Below, one piece after another: positions 11,744 to 24,712 of a stretch of 64,000 bases of DNA. A program made the translations under genes and the position numbers. Every line of letters begins with the position of its first letter. The first letter of the stretch is position 1. This DNA is from the human T2T-CHM13v2.0 reference genome, Homo sapiens. The stretch lies in assembly GCF_009914755.1 (NCBI RefSeq), contig NC_060939.1, one strand, 5' to 3'. The notes below the pieces were generated by a model. The model was not told the DNA's origin. It did not search any database and was given only the letters and a program-made list of their open reading frames with translations.

Positions 11744-12033
11744 TTTTTGCTTTTTAAGAGTCGTGCTCTGTTGCTCAGGTTGGAATGCATTGGCATGATC
11801 ACAGCTTGCTGCAGCCTTAAATTTCTGGGCCCAAGCAATCCCCATACCTCAGGCTCCCGAGTAGCTGAGGCCATGGGTGTGCGCCACTACTTCCAGCTAA
11901 TATTTTTATTCTTTGTAGAGACAGGTCTCACTATGTTGCCCAGACTGGTCTCGAACTCCTAGGGCTCAAGTGATCCTCTCACCTTGGCCTCCCAAAGTGC
12001 CGGGATTACAGGTATGAGCCACTGTGCCCGGCC
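11744..12033 (-). mobile_element. AluJ
   Basis: Antisense dimer with J-type features (gatcacagct, gggctcaagtgatcct, gtctcactatgttgcccag). Confidence 0.88.
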
Positions 12034-12934
12034 AAGATTTTTTGTTTCATAATTTTATTTTATTGTGATTTTGTTTTTATCTTTTTATTTTAAAAATTTG
12101 TGTGCTCATTGAAGAAAATTTGGGAAATAGAGAAACATATGGGGATAAAATTCCCTTGATTCTCCAACATTTATTCATTTAACAAATATTTACTTGGTGC
12201 CTGCTTTGTGCCAGGAGCTGTTCAGACATTGGAAGCTCTAACAATATAAATCTCAGTAAAAATGTGCGGAAAGAAAAGTGGTATCATATTTATGTAATTT
12301 TTCCTGGAAGGTTAGATTTTTTCATTTTAATTTTTCACTGTAATAAATATACTTAGATATTGTAAGTGTCTGTGTTTAGGATTATTTTATTACATTCACA
12401 TAATGAGATCGTTGAACTAAAGGGTATGAATATTTTAAGACTCTTGATTTAAATGGTCAAATTGCTTCCATGAAGAGTTATGCTATTTAATCCTGCTCTC
12501 AAACCACCATTTCCTCACCAGCATTCACTGTATCATTTGTTTTATCTTTGGCTTATGATATAGATGAAAATGGCATTTAATCATTGAACAGTTTTCAGTG
12601 GTTCTTTTACGAAGTATCATGTACTTTGCTTTTTATCTTATGAAAAATTATTTAATTTAGTCTTTTTATTTCAAGTATGACTAACTTGGCATCTATCAGT
12701 CAGTGAATAACTTATTTTGAAATAATAGTTTTAATTATTATATTATGATTATAAATTACTAGGGGAGAGCCAAAAACTTTACCATACATATTAAAGAACC
12801 ATATACAATAGAACCAACCTAATGCTTATTTCTCAGATATTCAACATATCTTTCTTAAAATTTTAAGTCAATCAAAATTTATATATTTTGAAGATCATAG
12901 TAGCACACTGCTAACCCAATTTTCTTTGTTTTAG

Positions 12935-13193
12935 GTTGCACTCATTTTTCCTGGACCTCAGTCTATCTCAATAAAAGATATTTCTTTTCATCTGCAAAAA
13001 AGGATTCAAAATAATGTTAGAGGCAAAAATGATGACCCTGACAAGCCATCTTTTAAACGCAAAAGAACTGAAGAACAAGAGTTCTGTGATTTGAATGACA
13101 GCAAGTGCAAAGGCACAACACTGAAAAAAATTATATTTATAGATAGCACCTGGAACCAAACAAACAAAATATTCACTGATGAGCGACTTCAAG
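12935..13193 (+). CDS. DTWD1: DTWD1 third coding exon, contains the DXTW signature (DSTW, 13142-13153)
   Basis: Branch-like CTAAC at 12911, pyrimidine tract and TAG|GTT; translates VALIFPGPQSISIKD...KIIFIDSTWNQTNKIFTDERLQ; donor AAG|GTAAAA; 259 nt, phase 0-1. Missing from the ORF track because it has no start codon in frame. Confidence 0.96.
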
Positions 13194-13441
13194 GTAAAAA
13201 AAAAATGTTTTTTTGGACTGCTCCTCCCTCAGACTTATTTTGAAAAAACTTCAAACTTACAGATAATTTGAAAGAGGAGTTACACTGAATACCTGTACAT
13301 TTTGCCATATTTACTTTATTTCTCTCTTTTTATTATATATGTGAGTGTGTATTTATATATTATATATTTTTTGGTTGATCAATTGAAAGTAAGTTTCAGG
13401 CTTTGTAACACTTCACCCTTAAATATTAAGTGTACATTTTC

Positions 13442-14192
<751 letters not shown>

Positions 14193-14204
14193 TTCCTTAC
14201 AGTT

Positions 14205-16020
14205 TTTAAAAATAACTTTTTTGAGTAAGAATTAACATGTAGTAAACTACATGTTTCCAGAGTATTAAAGTTTTCTCATATGTGTACAGCTGTGAGACCA
14301 TCACTACAAGTTAGGAAATGAACCTGTCCATCCCCTGCCAAAGTTTCTGCCTGACCTTTTATAATCTTTCTCATCCAGCTTTCCCCACAGCACACTTCCA
14401 CACTCTCCAACCCCATCTCTAATCAATGATCTATATCTAATCATTATAGATTAGATGCATTTTCTGGGATATTATAGAAATTGAATCATATAGTATGTAC
14501 TCTTTTCCTTTTTTTGGTTTGGCTTTCTCACACAAAATAAATAACTTGACACTCATTTTTGTTGTAGCATGTATCAATAGGTCATACATTTATTGCCAAG
14601 TAGTATTTCGTTGTATGGATATGCTACAATTAGTGTTATCTATTTATCTGTTGATGGACATTTACACTGGTTGTTTCCCATTTTCTACTATTTCAAATAA
14701 AGTTGCTATGACACTTGTGTAAAAAAAAAAAAAAAGGATGTTCTCCTGTATAATAAATACAGTACCATTATCACTCCTAAGAAAATTAATGAAAATTACA
14801 TAATATCATCTAATATACTGTCCATATTCAAATTTCCCTAACTGACCCAAAAATACCTTTTGTAGCTTCCCCCCATATAGCATTTAAACTCGTCACGGTT
14901 TATTTCATTATTATGTATCTTTAGTCTCTTTTAATCTAGAGTAGTCCTGTTTTTATTTTTCATGACTTAGACTTTTGTGAAGAGGACAGGTCAATTGTCT
15001 GAATGTTTCATTGTGATTAGTTTCAGTCTAAATATGTTGCCTAGGATACTTACAGGTAAGGATAAATCCAGGGTTGTCTATGTCTAGTTTATATCTATCG
15101 TTTGGGTATAATTATTAATAACATGTAATTTTACTCTCAGAAATGAACCTTTTAGCTGATAAATTGTATGGCTAACCAATTCATAGGTGAATTCATACTT
15201 TATTGTTGCATCAAATTAGGAGGCACATAATGCAAATTGTCTATCATTTGTGATAACTTTCATTACTTGATTAAAGTGGTGATTACCCCATCTCTCCATT
15301 ATAAAGGTTTATTTTTTCTCTTTGTAAGTAGTGGTAATCTATGGGGTGATGTTTTCAGACTGTGGACTGTTTCCCAAAAACTTTTCACCAGTGATTTTAG
15401 TATTCATTGATGATCCCTGCATAAATTGAATAATTACATTGAGAATTGAAAAATAGTGAAATTTTAATTACATGATTTCTTCCTACATTAGTTAGCCAGT
15501 ATTCTTATGTAAAGAAGAGCTTTTCCTTTTTCTCCTGTTCTTTATTTCTTTCTCTTTCCACCCCTTTTTGAGATCATTATGATCTTATGGATTTTCTTTT
15601 TAATTCAATATGCTATAATAAATTATAGTGTAGCATCAATAAAGATGCTAATCTTTTTGATAATAATCTTTTTGATGCTCTAGTTCTCTCAAATTTTGCC
15701 AGTGGAAACCCTTCAAGTACTTCATGGCATGGCCTCATTTGTCTTTTTGGTGCAACAGGCAAGTTCACTTGTACTTTTTTTCTGTCTCAGACCTGGAATC
15801 AATTGTTTTTCTAAGAAGCTATAGTTTCTTTTAATAGGAAATGGTATTAGAAACTAAGATCTGGTAAATTCATTACTTTTGGGATGTCATTGCTTCAATG
15901 GATAGAGCCAGGAAAAATACATAGTTATGTATCATGAGTTCACACAGATAGTTCCAATTCATATTTAACATTATAAGGATTTTTATTTCTTTTAGAGTGA
16001 AAAACTTGGTTCCTAATAAT
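14205..16020 (-). mobile_element. Nested old L1M 3' fragments (L1MD/L1MC-like)
   Basis: Typical antisense L1M 3' motifs (gaatcatatagtatgtactcttt, ttgatggacattt, tccatattcaaatttccc). Boundaries approximate. Confidence 0.6.
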
Positions 16021-17677
16021 AGTGATTTAAAACAGTTACTTTACTTGTCCATGTATGATTAGAAGGCAAGAAAGCTATTCAGTTGATATTAGGCAGTTGC
16101 TAAAACAGTTTGTTTCAAACTGGGAGAGCTTCTCTCAGGCTAGTGTTAAAAATGTGCATTATCTAGAAAAGAACATTTTGACACTTTTTGGAGTCTGATT
16201 GGTGTTCATTAATTCCAAGCTGAAGTGAGTGACAACACTAGATTTAACGAGCTTAATTTATATAGTTTATGCATCTGAGATCTTCATACACATTAGTAAA
16301 GTTGCTTTGAAAGTCTAATTGTGTGCGCTTTGTGTCTTATGTGTGTGGGAGAGAGTGAAGGGCAGGTACTACGGAGCATAAGATCTTTAAGAAATTTTGT
16401 TGCCGATGTTTGATAGAAAGACAAACGCCTAAGCCCTAAGGCTGTGCTCTTTGAAAGAGAGAAAGGGAACACTGCCTGCCACATTCCTGTGGATGTTTAC
16501 AGCAGCAGGTTACTTGCCAGTTTGAAGATTTTTCTGAGCCATTTTTCTTTATAGTTACCTTATATGGTAATTGAAAAGATAAATGAAAAAACATAAGTAA
16601 AAACCCTTGACAAAACTATAAAAGGAATTATTGTGGTATTATTCAAAATCTCTTTTCAGAGTGTCCAAATTTGGCTTGCCTAAAATCAGATTTGTACAAA
16701 AGATTTTTGTTATTCCTTCCCAATTCACATGGAAAGTATCATATATTTCAGTTCTGTGCTAGATCAAAAATTTTTAAAGGGGCTTCTTAATCTCTTTAAA
16801 ATCATAAAAGGAACAGATTTCTAAAGGCAAGTTTTCTGCATGACCTACTTCAACCCCTGTCCTTTGTGGCTCTTCATTGCACCACAGGAAACAATTAGGG
16901 CTCTATACATATCTATAACCTCTGTATATGTGAAATACTGATTTCTGAATAAACCGAGTTACTTCCATAAGAAACAATCCATGGTTTTTATAAATTGTTG
17001 GCTTTAGGCTTTAAAACTTCGTCATTTCGTGAGATTAATCTGAACAAACTGAGTCTATACCTCAATTAAACCCTCAGGTGTATTGGAAATTATGTTTCCA
17101 TTATTTTACTATGAATGCTGAGGTTAAGAATCCCTTTAACAATGTAAAACCTTACTGTTTTGCCAAATTTTTACAGAAAAATAGCTCTGTGTGTTCTACC
17201 AGTGTCAAAATAAAACACTTGAAGGTAGAGTGCCTAATTTAATTATAAAAGGTAAACCTAAACCTACAGGTGAAGAATGATATAACATTCTTAAAGATTT
17301 ATCATAGGAAGCCTTGGCAGAATGTAGGGGGAGACATTGTTTCTTTTTGTTGGATGTGAGTCCAAATTATATTTAAATGGCATTATACTGTAATTTGTTA
17401 TAAAAATTAGCCAGCTCTTTCCCTTCAGTTTGACTGTATTGATACAACTTTTAAAGTGATAACTTTATTCATATTATAAGCTTTGCCTAAACTACACTCC
17501 CTGTCAGTGAGTGCTGTGTCCTATACTACCTTATTCAATCCTCACATCAAATATATGAGGTAAAGGATGTCACCCTCACTTTGCAATTGAAGAAACTGAG
17601 GCAGCACTTTTGGAAGGAAAAGCCATTTGTAATTATCTACTTTAAGTTTCTACTGCTAAAATATTTTACTAGTTTTG

Positions 17678-17968
17678 AGCCAGGTGTAGTGGCTCATTCC
17701 TGTAATCCCAGCACTTTGGGAGATGAAGGTGGGAGTATCACTTGAACACAGGAGTTCTAGACTAGCCTAGGCAACATAGCAAGGCCTACATCTCAACAAA
17801 AAATAAAGTAATTAGCAAGGCGTGGTAGTGTGCACCTGTAGTCTTAGGTACTTGGGAGACTGAGGCAGGAGGATTGCTTGAGCCCAGGAGTTCAAGGATG
17901 CGGTGAGCTATGCTCATGCCACTGAACTCCAGCCTGGACAACAGAGCAAAATCCCACCTCAAGAAAAA
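17678..17968 (+). mobile_element. AluJ
   Basis: Diverged dimer with ggattgcttgagcccaggagttc and gagctatg. Confidence 0.88.
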
Positions 17969-18324
17969 ATGTTTACGATTTTTACTATAATTTTATTATA
18001 AAGTTACTGATTGTTAGAAATACTAGGGTATAAAAAATATTTTGCATTCAAGAAACTGAAATATTTAATGTTGTCTAGAATGCATACATATATGAGAATG
18101 GTAAAAGAGACTGGAGAAATTCAAATTATGAATGTCATATTTTATTCAGCATGCTTGGGCATTTGTTCTTTTATCCATAGTGCTGTGGCATCATTAAAAA
18201 ATTTTTAAGCTTGTCATTGACATGATTAGATTGTATTTTAAGTCTAATGGAAAGAATTGGGCTGGGACATGACTTCAAGCTCCAATTCCTTCACTAAATA
18301 AGCAAAGAGGTTTTGTTTGTTTGT

Positions 18325-20545
18325 TTTTAACTGTTTTATATTTTTAAATAAATTGTGATACATATGAAATAATATATACACACACACACGTATATGTAAC
18401 ATTAAGTTATAAAGCATAGTGATATAATGAACAATTAAGAACTCAAGCACCAGTATTTCTAACTTCCATTTACCTATGTTTTCCCTTGTGCCATTCCCCT
18501 TCTTCCCCTGACAGTTATTTTCCTGAATTATGCTTTTTTAGATTATAGTGTTATATATATGTTTTCATAAACTATATATGATTTAGTTTTGCTTTATTTT
18601 GAGCTGTGTGTTGTTTTCTTGGGACTTGCTTTCTAAAGTCACATTTTGTTTCTAGGGTTTATATATATTGTCATATCACTGTAGCTATAGTTTATTCTAT
18701 TTCACTGCTGAATAATATCTGTGATATACTACAGTTTATCTGGTTTCCTGCTAATGAAACACTTTGGTTATTTCTAGTTTTTCCTATTGCAAATAATGCT
18801 ACTACACACATTCTTGTGCAAGTACAAGCTCCTCTAGGAAACATCCCTAGGAGTCACATTGCTGAGTTGTTGAGTATGAGAATATTCACCTTTACAGGAT
18901 AATGCCAAATTGTTTTTCAAAGTGGACATACAAAGGAATATTTCCATCATTAATGTATAAGCGCTCCATTGATCCATAATCTCTCCTACCTTGGTATTAT
19001 CAAATGTCTGATTTTTGCCAACCTAGTATTTTAAAATGGTGTCTCATTGTCATCTTCATTTACTTTTCTCTAATTACTAATAGGATTGATAATTACATTG
19101 TTTGTTTATTTGGCCATATACGTGTCCTATTCTGTGAAATATCTATGCCCATTTTTCTGTGTTTTATCTTAATTGATTTGTAGAAATTCTTTGTATATTC
19201 TAGAATATAGATAATGTTGCAAAATATCTTCTTGCAGTTTGTGGTTCATCTTTTCAATTTCTTTTCTTTTGAGGAAAAAAAACTTTTAGTGTGGAATTTA
19301 TCACTATGTTTGTGTCTTGTTTGAATCCTTCTCTTCTGCAAGATACTATGTGGCTAATGATTTGCCTGAGGTTTTTTGTATTTTCTGTGTAAGTAATGCC
19401 AATTGCATTTCTTTCCAGTTCTTATCCTTCTAATTAATTTATTGTTCTTTATTACTATGTTAAATAAGAAAGACCTCTAATGCAATATTTAATTGAAGCC
19501 AGTTATTTAATTGTAGGGGTCATCCTTCTCACGTTTCAATCTGATAATCTATGTCTTTTAAATATTAAGTTTAGTTTATTTACAATTGCTGTGAGTATTG
19601 AAATAATTGGATCTACTTTCTACCATCTTAATTTTTATTTCTATTTGTCCTTTTTTATAATTTTTGTTTCTTTTTTTGATTGAGGTTTTTTCTTATTCTA
19701 TTTTTATTCCTATTTCAATTATTTTAGAGAATTGCCCATATCACTTAAAAAGTTCAAAGCCAAACAATGTTTAACCTCTCCTTTTTTACATTGTATGGAC
19801 TTTGTATGCTGAAGCTTCATTCAGCCTCCTCCTGGTTCACATTGTTATTGTTAATATCATTATTTTTGTCTGTCGTTTATTGTCAGTCTACAAATTAGAT
19901 ATTATTATTGTTTTTGTTTTATACAGGCAACATTTATCTGGATTTGCATAGATGTTTACCATTTTCTTTACTCAGTGTTTTATCAAATACATCCTTTAGG
20001 AATTCCTTTAATTTGGTCTCTTGTTGGCGTATGTTCAGTTTTCATTTGTCTATTAAATGTTTATCACTTTTTTCGTGATAGGTTGTTCTGCTGGGTTCAC
20101 AATTTTAGGTTGCCAGTTCTGTTTTTTTGTTTGTTTGTTTGTTTGACACTTGGAAGATATTATTCTAGTGTCTTCAATATTCTGTCTTTGGTCTTTGGTC
20201 ATTCTAATTACCTTTTCTTTGTATATGATCTGTCCCTTCTCCATGGCTTCTTTTAAAATCTTCTCTTTATCTTTGGTGTTTTTCAGTTAAATATGTAATA
20301 GAACTAGGCACTGATTTGTTTATATTTATCCTGCTCGAGACACATGATGTTTCATGTATCTGTGGCTTTTTATAGTTTAAAATAATTTCTGGAAAAGTCA
20401 TAGTCATTATCTCTTTAACCGCTCCCTCTCTTCCATTCTCTTTGTTCTCTCTTCCTCGAACTCCTGTTAGTCATTTGATCCTCCATATCTCTGAATATTT
20501 TTGTATTTCTTTTATTATTTATTTCTTGTCTCTGCTACATTTTAC
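18325..20545 (-). mobile_element. Old L1M fragments
   Basis: T-rich antisense L1-like motifs (aatgccaaattgtttttcaaagtgg, gtctcattgt, aatctgataatctatgtctttta). Approximate. Confidence 0.5.
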
Positions 20546-21033
20546 ATTGAGTAAAAGTGGGATGTGACAGTGGGAAATCATTAGTGACTTAGAAATTCCA
20601 GTTGGTCATTGGGCCAATTTTGATGCTACCTTCTCTCTTTTATTTCTCACTTTAAAATAAAATTTGCAAAAACAAAAAATTAAATATAGTATGAGTCCAG
20701 TTACTGGCCTAAGGAGCTAAAAGCATTCTGGGTTTGTATGAAGACAGCTGAGTTATAACAAATGAGAGTACTGTTGTGTGACTGCATTAATTATTCCCTT
20801 TTTAAATGTACAAGAGCAAGGCATTCTACCTGACTGTGTTATTGAGCTCTGCAGCATACATGTGACAGAGCTAAAACAAACAAGCAAACAAAAGAAACCA
20901 CAGCTTTAGGATACTCTGTTCATGAATATAGCCTGAAAATGATAATCAAGAAGTAAACTTTTACCAGTATTAAGGAACATTAAGCTGCCTATCTCTCAGT
21001 GAATTTCAGAATGATATTTTAAAAGTTAGTTTA

Positions 21034-21338
21034 GGCTGGGCACTGTAGCTCATGCCTATAATCCCAGCACTTTGAGAGGCAGAGGCCAAGGCAGGAGGAT
21101 CACTTGAGCCCCGGATTTTGAGACCAGCCTGGGCAACATAGCAAGACACTGTCTCTAAAAAAAAATAAAAATAAAAAATCTTAGCTGGATATGGTGGTGT
21201 GCACATGTAGTCCCAGCTATTTGGGAGGCTGAGATGGGAGGATCACTGAGTCCAGAGTTTGAGGTAACTGTGAGCTATGATCACACTGCTGCAGTCTAGC
21301 CTGGGTGACAGAGTGAGACCTCATCTCTAAATAAACAA
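21034..21338 (+). mobile_element. AluJ
   Basis: Dimer with degenerate TSD aaaagt(t/c)agttt. Confidence 0.88.
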
Positions 21339-21733
21339 AAAAGTCAGTTTGTCAAGGAAATGAAACCCTTCTGAAAATTGGTGAATGCAGTCCTGTCAGA
21401 GATTTAGATTTTTGAAGATGCTGATACATAGAAGATTGGAAGACATGAATATCTTAAATGTTAACTACTTTTAATTCATTGGTCTAAGACTCAGTGTTAA
21501 CTGTCATGTATAAGATTTTATTATTTGTTTTATGTTGCTTCTGTATATACCTTGAGGTGTTTAAGAAAATATCTTGTTTCAAACTGGGATTGAAGGAAGT
21601 TATCTGCAGTCTTTAAAAAAAAATTCTTAGAATAATTAAGAGAAATCATTATTATTGTACCAAGCCTGTGGTTAAGAAGAAATATTTATATTTTTTCTTT
21701 CTTTCTTTCTTTTTTTTTTTTTTTTTTTGACAG

Positions 21734-21981
21734 GGTTGTTACAAGTTGAGTTGAAAACAAGAAAAACTTGCTTTTGGCGCCATCAAAAAGGAAAGCCAGA
21801 TACTTTCCTTTCTACAATTGAAGCCATTTACTACTTTCTGGTAGACTACCATACTGATATATTAAAAGAGAAATACAGAGGGCAATATGACAATCTTTTA
21901 TTTTTCTATTCTTTTATGTACCAGTTGATAAAGAATGCCAAATGCTCTGGAGATAAGGAAACAGGAAAACTTACACATTAG
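21734..21981 (+). CDS. DTWD1: DTWD1 last coding exon (to aa 304, TAG stop)
   Basis: Long pyrimidine tract then GACAG|GG; translates (G)[34 protein letters not shown]...GKLTH*. Includes the LSTxEA motif typical of DTW proteins. Total CDS 264+144+259+248=915 nt. Confidence 0.97.
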
Positions 21982-22022
21982 TTTTTAACAAGCCACTTAT
22001 GTCTTTTTATTTTGCTAACATT

Positions 22023-22028
22023 AATAAA
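22023..22028 (+). terminator. Proximal polyadenylation signal candidate
   Basis: AATAAA 41 nt after the stop codon, followed by GT/T-rich tttgtgctttgtttttt. Confidence 0.55.
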
Positions 22029-22469
22029 CTTATATTTGTGCTTTGTTTTTTCTTAAGAAATAATCATATATAATGCCTGTAAGACCATTTGAAAAAATTC
22101 CAGTTTCATATATATCACTTCATATTTCTTGAAGGAAATTGTATCTGGGGGAATTTTTCAGAGATACTGTTGATTGAAAAACTTACTTCAGAAGTTATTT
22201 GCTCAGTGAAACCTCAGTTTCATTACTACATTTTAATATAGTGTGTTATGTCTCTGTGATTAGATATAACATATTCCATTAGATCTAATTAGCTATTTAT
22301 TTCAACATCTTTATATCTTTTCACCTGTACTCATGACCACCTTTAGAAGTAAATGGGGTTACAATCTGCTGGCTGAAAAATAGGTCATAAGTGATTTTTC
22401 TTGAGGTTAGTAGCAAACATAGGCAGAACTAGAATTAGAATTCCGGTATCTAGGGCTGTTTCTTTAAGT

Positions 22470-22662
22470 CCTAAGGTTGTTAAAAGCAGAGACTCTGGAG
22501 CTAGACTACCTGAATCTAAATCTCAGCCTTTCTGCTTATCAGCCATGTCATTTTCTTCCATTTGTACAAAGCAGGCAATACTGAGCAACTACCTTATAGG
22601 AATAACTGAGTTAATATCTAAGGGGCTTTCAGCAGTACCTGAAATATAGTAAGTGTTACATA
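22470..22662 (+). mobile_element. MIR
   Basis: ttaaaagcagagactctggagctagactacctgaatctaaatctcagc...cagtacctgaaatatagtaagtg. Confidence 0.7.
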
Positions 22663-22879
22663 TATGTTTACTCTTTTTATTTTATTTGGAATTGTGAACT
22701 GATAATAATTGAAGCCTACCTGCTAGTGGCCATCTCTGCTGCCAGGTGAAAAGAGCCTGACTTAGAATGAAGTCAGCGAAGGAAAGCAGAGTGGAGAGAA
22801 AAAGAGAGACTGAGTCCTGATGACATCATTTATTTACCTAGACCTAGCTGCTTGTGAATAGAGCCCTACTGTGCTGAAT

Positions 22880-23353
22880 AGCTTCTGTCTGCTCTTTTCT
22901 ATTCTGCTCCCTGCTCTGTGAGGTAGGTTCCTTTGCTCTCTTGCTTTTGGTTGGGTTCAACAAATGGGAAGCACCAGTGGGAGATTAGAAGTTGAGAGGA
23001 AAATGAAATGATGTTATTTATTTCCCTGGCTCCTTTCCTGCCATGTCATCATCAGTTGGCTGTGTTCCTCTACTAAATAGTACCTTATCAGGAATCCTAT
23101 CTCTTCTGTTCCCAAGCAGTTACCCCAGTTACCTCACTAGGTTTAGTTCCTGCTCCCTCCCTTTACCCCTTTTCACTTAGGGTTGGTAATAGCTTACAGT
23201 TATTACTAGCCCCAGTATAGTTCACTACAACTTGTTGCTTTACCTAAACCCTGCTCATACATTTGTAAATACTGTAGTTGTTTTATTACACTCTTCTCAA
23301 ATGTCCCCACTTGAAATAGCCTTCTATTTCTTTTGGGGACTCTGATAAATTCA
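22880..23353 (+). mobile_element. LTR33-like ERVL LTR
   Basis: ttgggttcaacaaatgggaagcaccagtgggagattagaag...tatttattccctggctcc...ggctgtgttcctctac resembles LTR33. Confidence 0.6.
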
Positions 23354-24302
23354 CCTGTTTGGGTGAAATAATAGCACATTTCCTGAAGTATATACAGTGG
23401 GACACATGATGTTTTATGGGGGAAAGAGTTCTTGGTGAAATTAGTTTGCTGTACATTACGTTGTTTCCCTCCCAGGGATTCAGAAGGCAAAACATATTAA
23501 AGGTTCTGAAAAGTCCTGAAATAAACATTTTGAACTTTATTTAAGCTGATATATCTTAAACTTACTTGAATATGTAGCACCTATTAACATGCCATGGAAA
23601 TAGGACGTTTGGAGTATTGTAATTAAGAACAATTCCTATTAATATACATGGGGCAACTGAGAATTAAAGAGGTAAGTAAATTATTGATAGATCATACACC
23701 TAGTTAGTAGCAGAGCCTGTTCTAGAATCTGGAACTTCTGATTTGGTTTGGTTCAGTAAGGTCACCATTATATTATGCTATTCATAAAAAGGAATGTGGA
23801 TTATATAAGGCTTGAACATTATTAGTCTTACAGTCTTAGCCAAATAAACTAACTGGCTTGCTTATTTTAGCAGTTATTCTACAAGAATGGAATTAAAATA
23901 GATTTTTTTTTTCATGTTTAGAACTTGGCCCTGGGAATAGAGGAAGGCTTGAATTGATTTAAGCAGGGCCAAAGTTGGATTTCTCTAGGCTAAATTTGGA
24001 CTTCCCTGAGCCAAAATCTATTGCATTTAACTGGCTTTACAAACCAACTAAACATAACAGTTCAGAGGGAAAAGAAAAAAAAAAGCGAGAGACAGAGAAC
24101 AATTCTATCACTCATTTGCCTCCATCTCTCAGCTGGCATAAGAAAGATGACCCACGTACTTCATAAGAGCCTAATTTACAGCTAAGGCCAGATAAAATCT
24201 CAGGTTCTTTTCAAAAGAAGTTAGTAATACCTATTAGAACAATGAATTGACTATACTTGTCTTAGTTTTTTTTGTTTGTTTTTTGTTTTTTGTTTTTTTG
24301 GT

Positions 24303-24712
24303 GTGATAGATGTAACAGTGGCCCTAATTCTTTATCCTTGCTTGTATTCATGGTCATTTTTCAGGTTCCTTTGAAGTACTCCCCCCACTGTGATTCTGGG
24401 TCATCTGCATTCAGAGATTTAGTGCATTTTTACTTACACTTGTGCTTCTGCTGTTGACATAAGAATATGCATGGCTGAGTTAGCCTGCTGGAGCATGAGA
24501 CTCCATGGAACAGAGCCAGGTTGCCCTGGTCACCCTCACTGAATCTTGTCTAGATTGGCTGATGGCCAGCCAAACCCAAGATATGTGAATGATTCCAGCC
24601 AAGATCAGCAGAGTCATCTAACTGACACCTACCTGATTCCAAACATGTGAGCAAGGAATGTCTATTATGCCACCAGTGTCTTATAGCTATTTATTGTGGC
24701 TATAGATATCTC
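24303..24712 (+). mobile_element. MLT1 (MaLR) LTR
   Basis: TG start, ccagccaagatcagcagag, and MaLR-type end ttattgtggctatagata. Confidence 0.6.

Noticed and set aside
4600-13225. Exact 14-bp match tttggactgctcct at 4600 and 13212
   Set aside because: Several 14-mer matches are expected by chance in 64 kb.
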